Shown: positions 63,517 through 64,000 of the stretch, piece after piece
Position numbering within the stretch: the first letter of the stretch is position 1
Layout of the letters: every line of letters starts with the position of its first letter
Origin: the human T2T-CHM13v2.0 reference genome, Homo sapiens
Reading direction: 5' to 3' (one strand)
Assembly: GCF_009914755.1 (NCBI RefSeq)
Contig: NC_060930.1
Length of the DNA: 64,000 nt
Notes under the pieces: generated by a model
The model's input: the letters and a program-made list of their open reading frames with translations, nothing else
Told to the model about the DNA's origin: nothing
Database searches by the model: none
Translations under genes and position numbers: made by a program

Positions 63517-64000
63517 GTTTTTTTCATATGCTTGTTGGCTGCCTGTATGCCTTCTTTTGAGAAGTGCCTGTTCATATCCTTGGCCCACCTTTTTAATGGA
63601 GTTGCTTTTCTCTTGTAAATTTGTTTAAGTTTCTTAGAGATGCTGGATATTGGACTTTTGTCAGGTGCATAGTTTGCAAATATTTTCTCCCACTCTGTAG
63701 GTTGTCTGTTTACTCTATTGATAGTTTCTTTTGCTGTGCAGAAGCTCTTAAGTTTAATTAAATCCCATTTGTCAATTTTTGCTTTTGTGGTAATTGGTTT
63801 TGGTGTCTTTACCATGAATTCTTTGCTCATGCCTATGTCCAGGATGGTATTGCCTAGGTTGGCTTTTTTATAGTTTTGGATTTTACATTTAAGTCTTTAA
63901 TCCATCTTTAGTTGATTTTTGTATATGGTGGAAGGAAGGGGCCCAGCTTCAATCTTCTGCATATGGTTATAACCCAGCACCATTTATTGTATAGGGAGTC
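63517..64000 (-). mobile_element. L1PA ORF2 fragment (antisense), runs off the window
   Basis: [36 protein letters not shown] peptide on the minus strand. Confidence 0.9.

Overview
AT-rich primate (human-like) genomic DNA dominated by transposable-element fossils. I see no convincing host protein-coding exon, and the supplied ORFs I could assign are L1, ERV or Alu fragments; the rest look like chance frames. Main contents: (1) a 5'-truncated L1PA on the minus strand (79-2880); (2) a near full-length HERV-K(HML-5)/HERVK22 provirus (4424-12255) with both LTRs, a 6-bp TSD, a perfect tRNA-Met primer-binding site, decayed gag-dUTPase/pro-pol-env, an AluY in gag and an apparent pol/env-junction deletion; (3) a much older class I (gamma-like) ERV (~14490-23113) with a tRNA-Gln PBS, carrying nested Alus, MER3, a U13 snoRNA retrocopy, L1MB and MLT1A; (4) a three-level L1 nest (27707-37742) in which a full-length L1PA replaced about 640 bp of its host L1; (5) a twin-primed, 5'-inverted L1 (51247-52772), plus many Alu, MIR, L2, MaLR and hAT elements. 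The most unusual signal is that the two inverted L1s (79-2880 and 28584-35418) share many non-consensus changes, including a 3'UTR deletion and a poly(A) interruption. This points to a shared source, local re-insertion or ancient gene conversion. Subfamily names come from remembered consensus features, not a RepeatMasker run, and old-repeat boundaries are approximate. I found no evidence of a new functional gene system.
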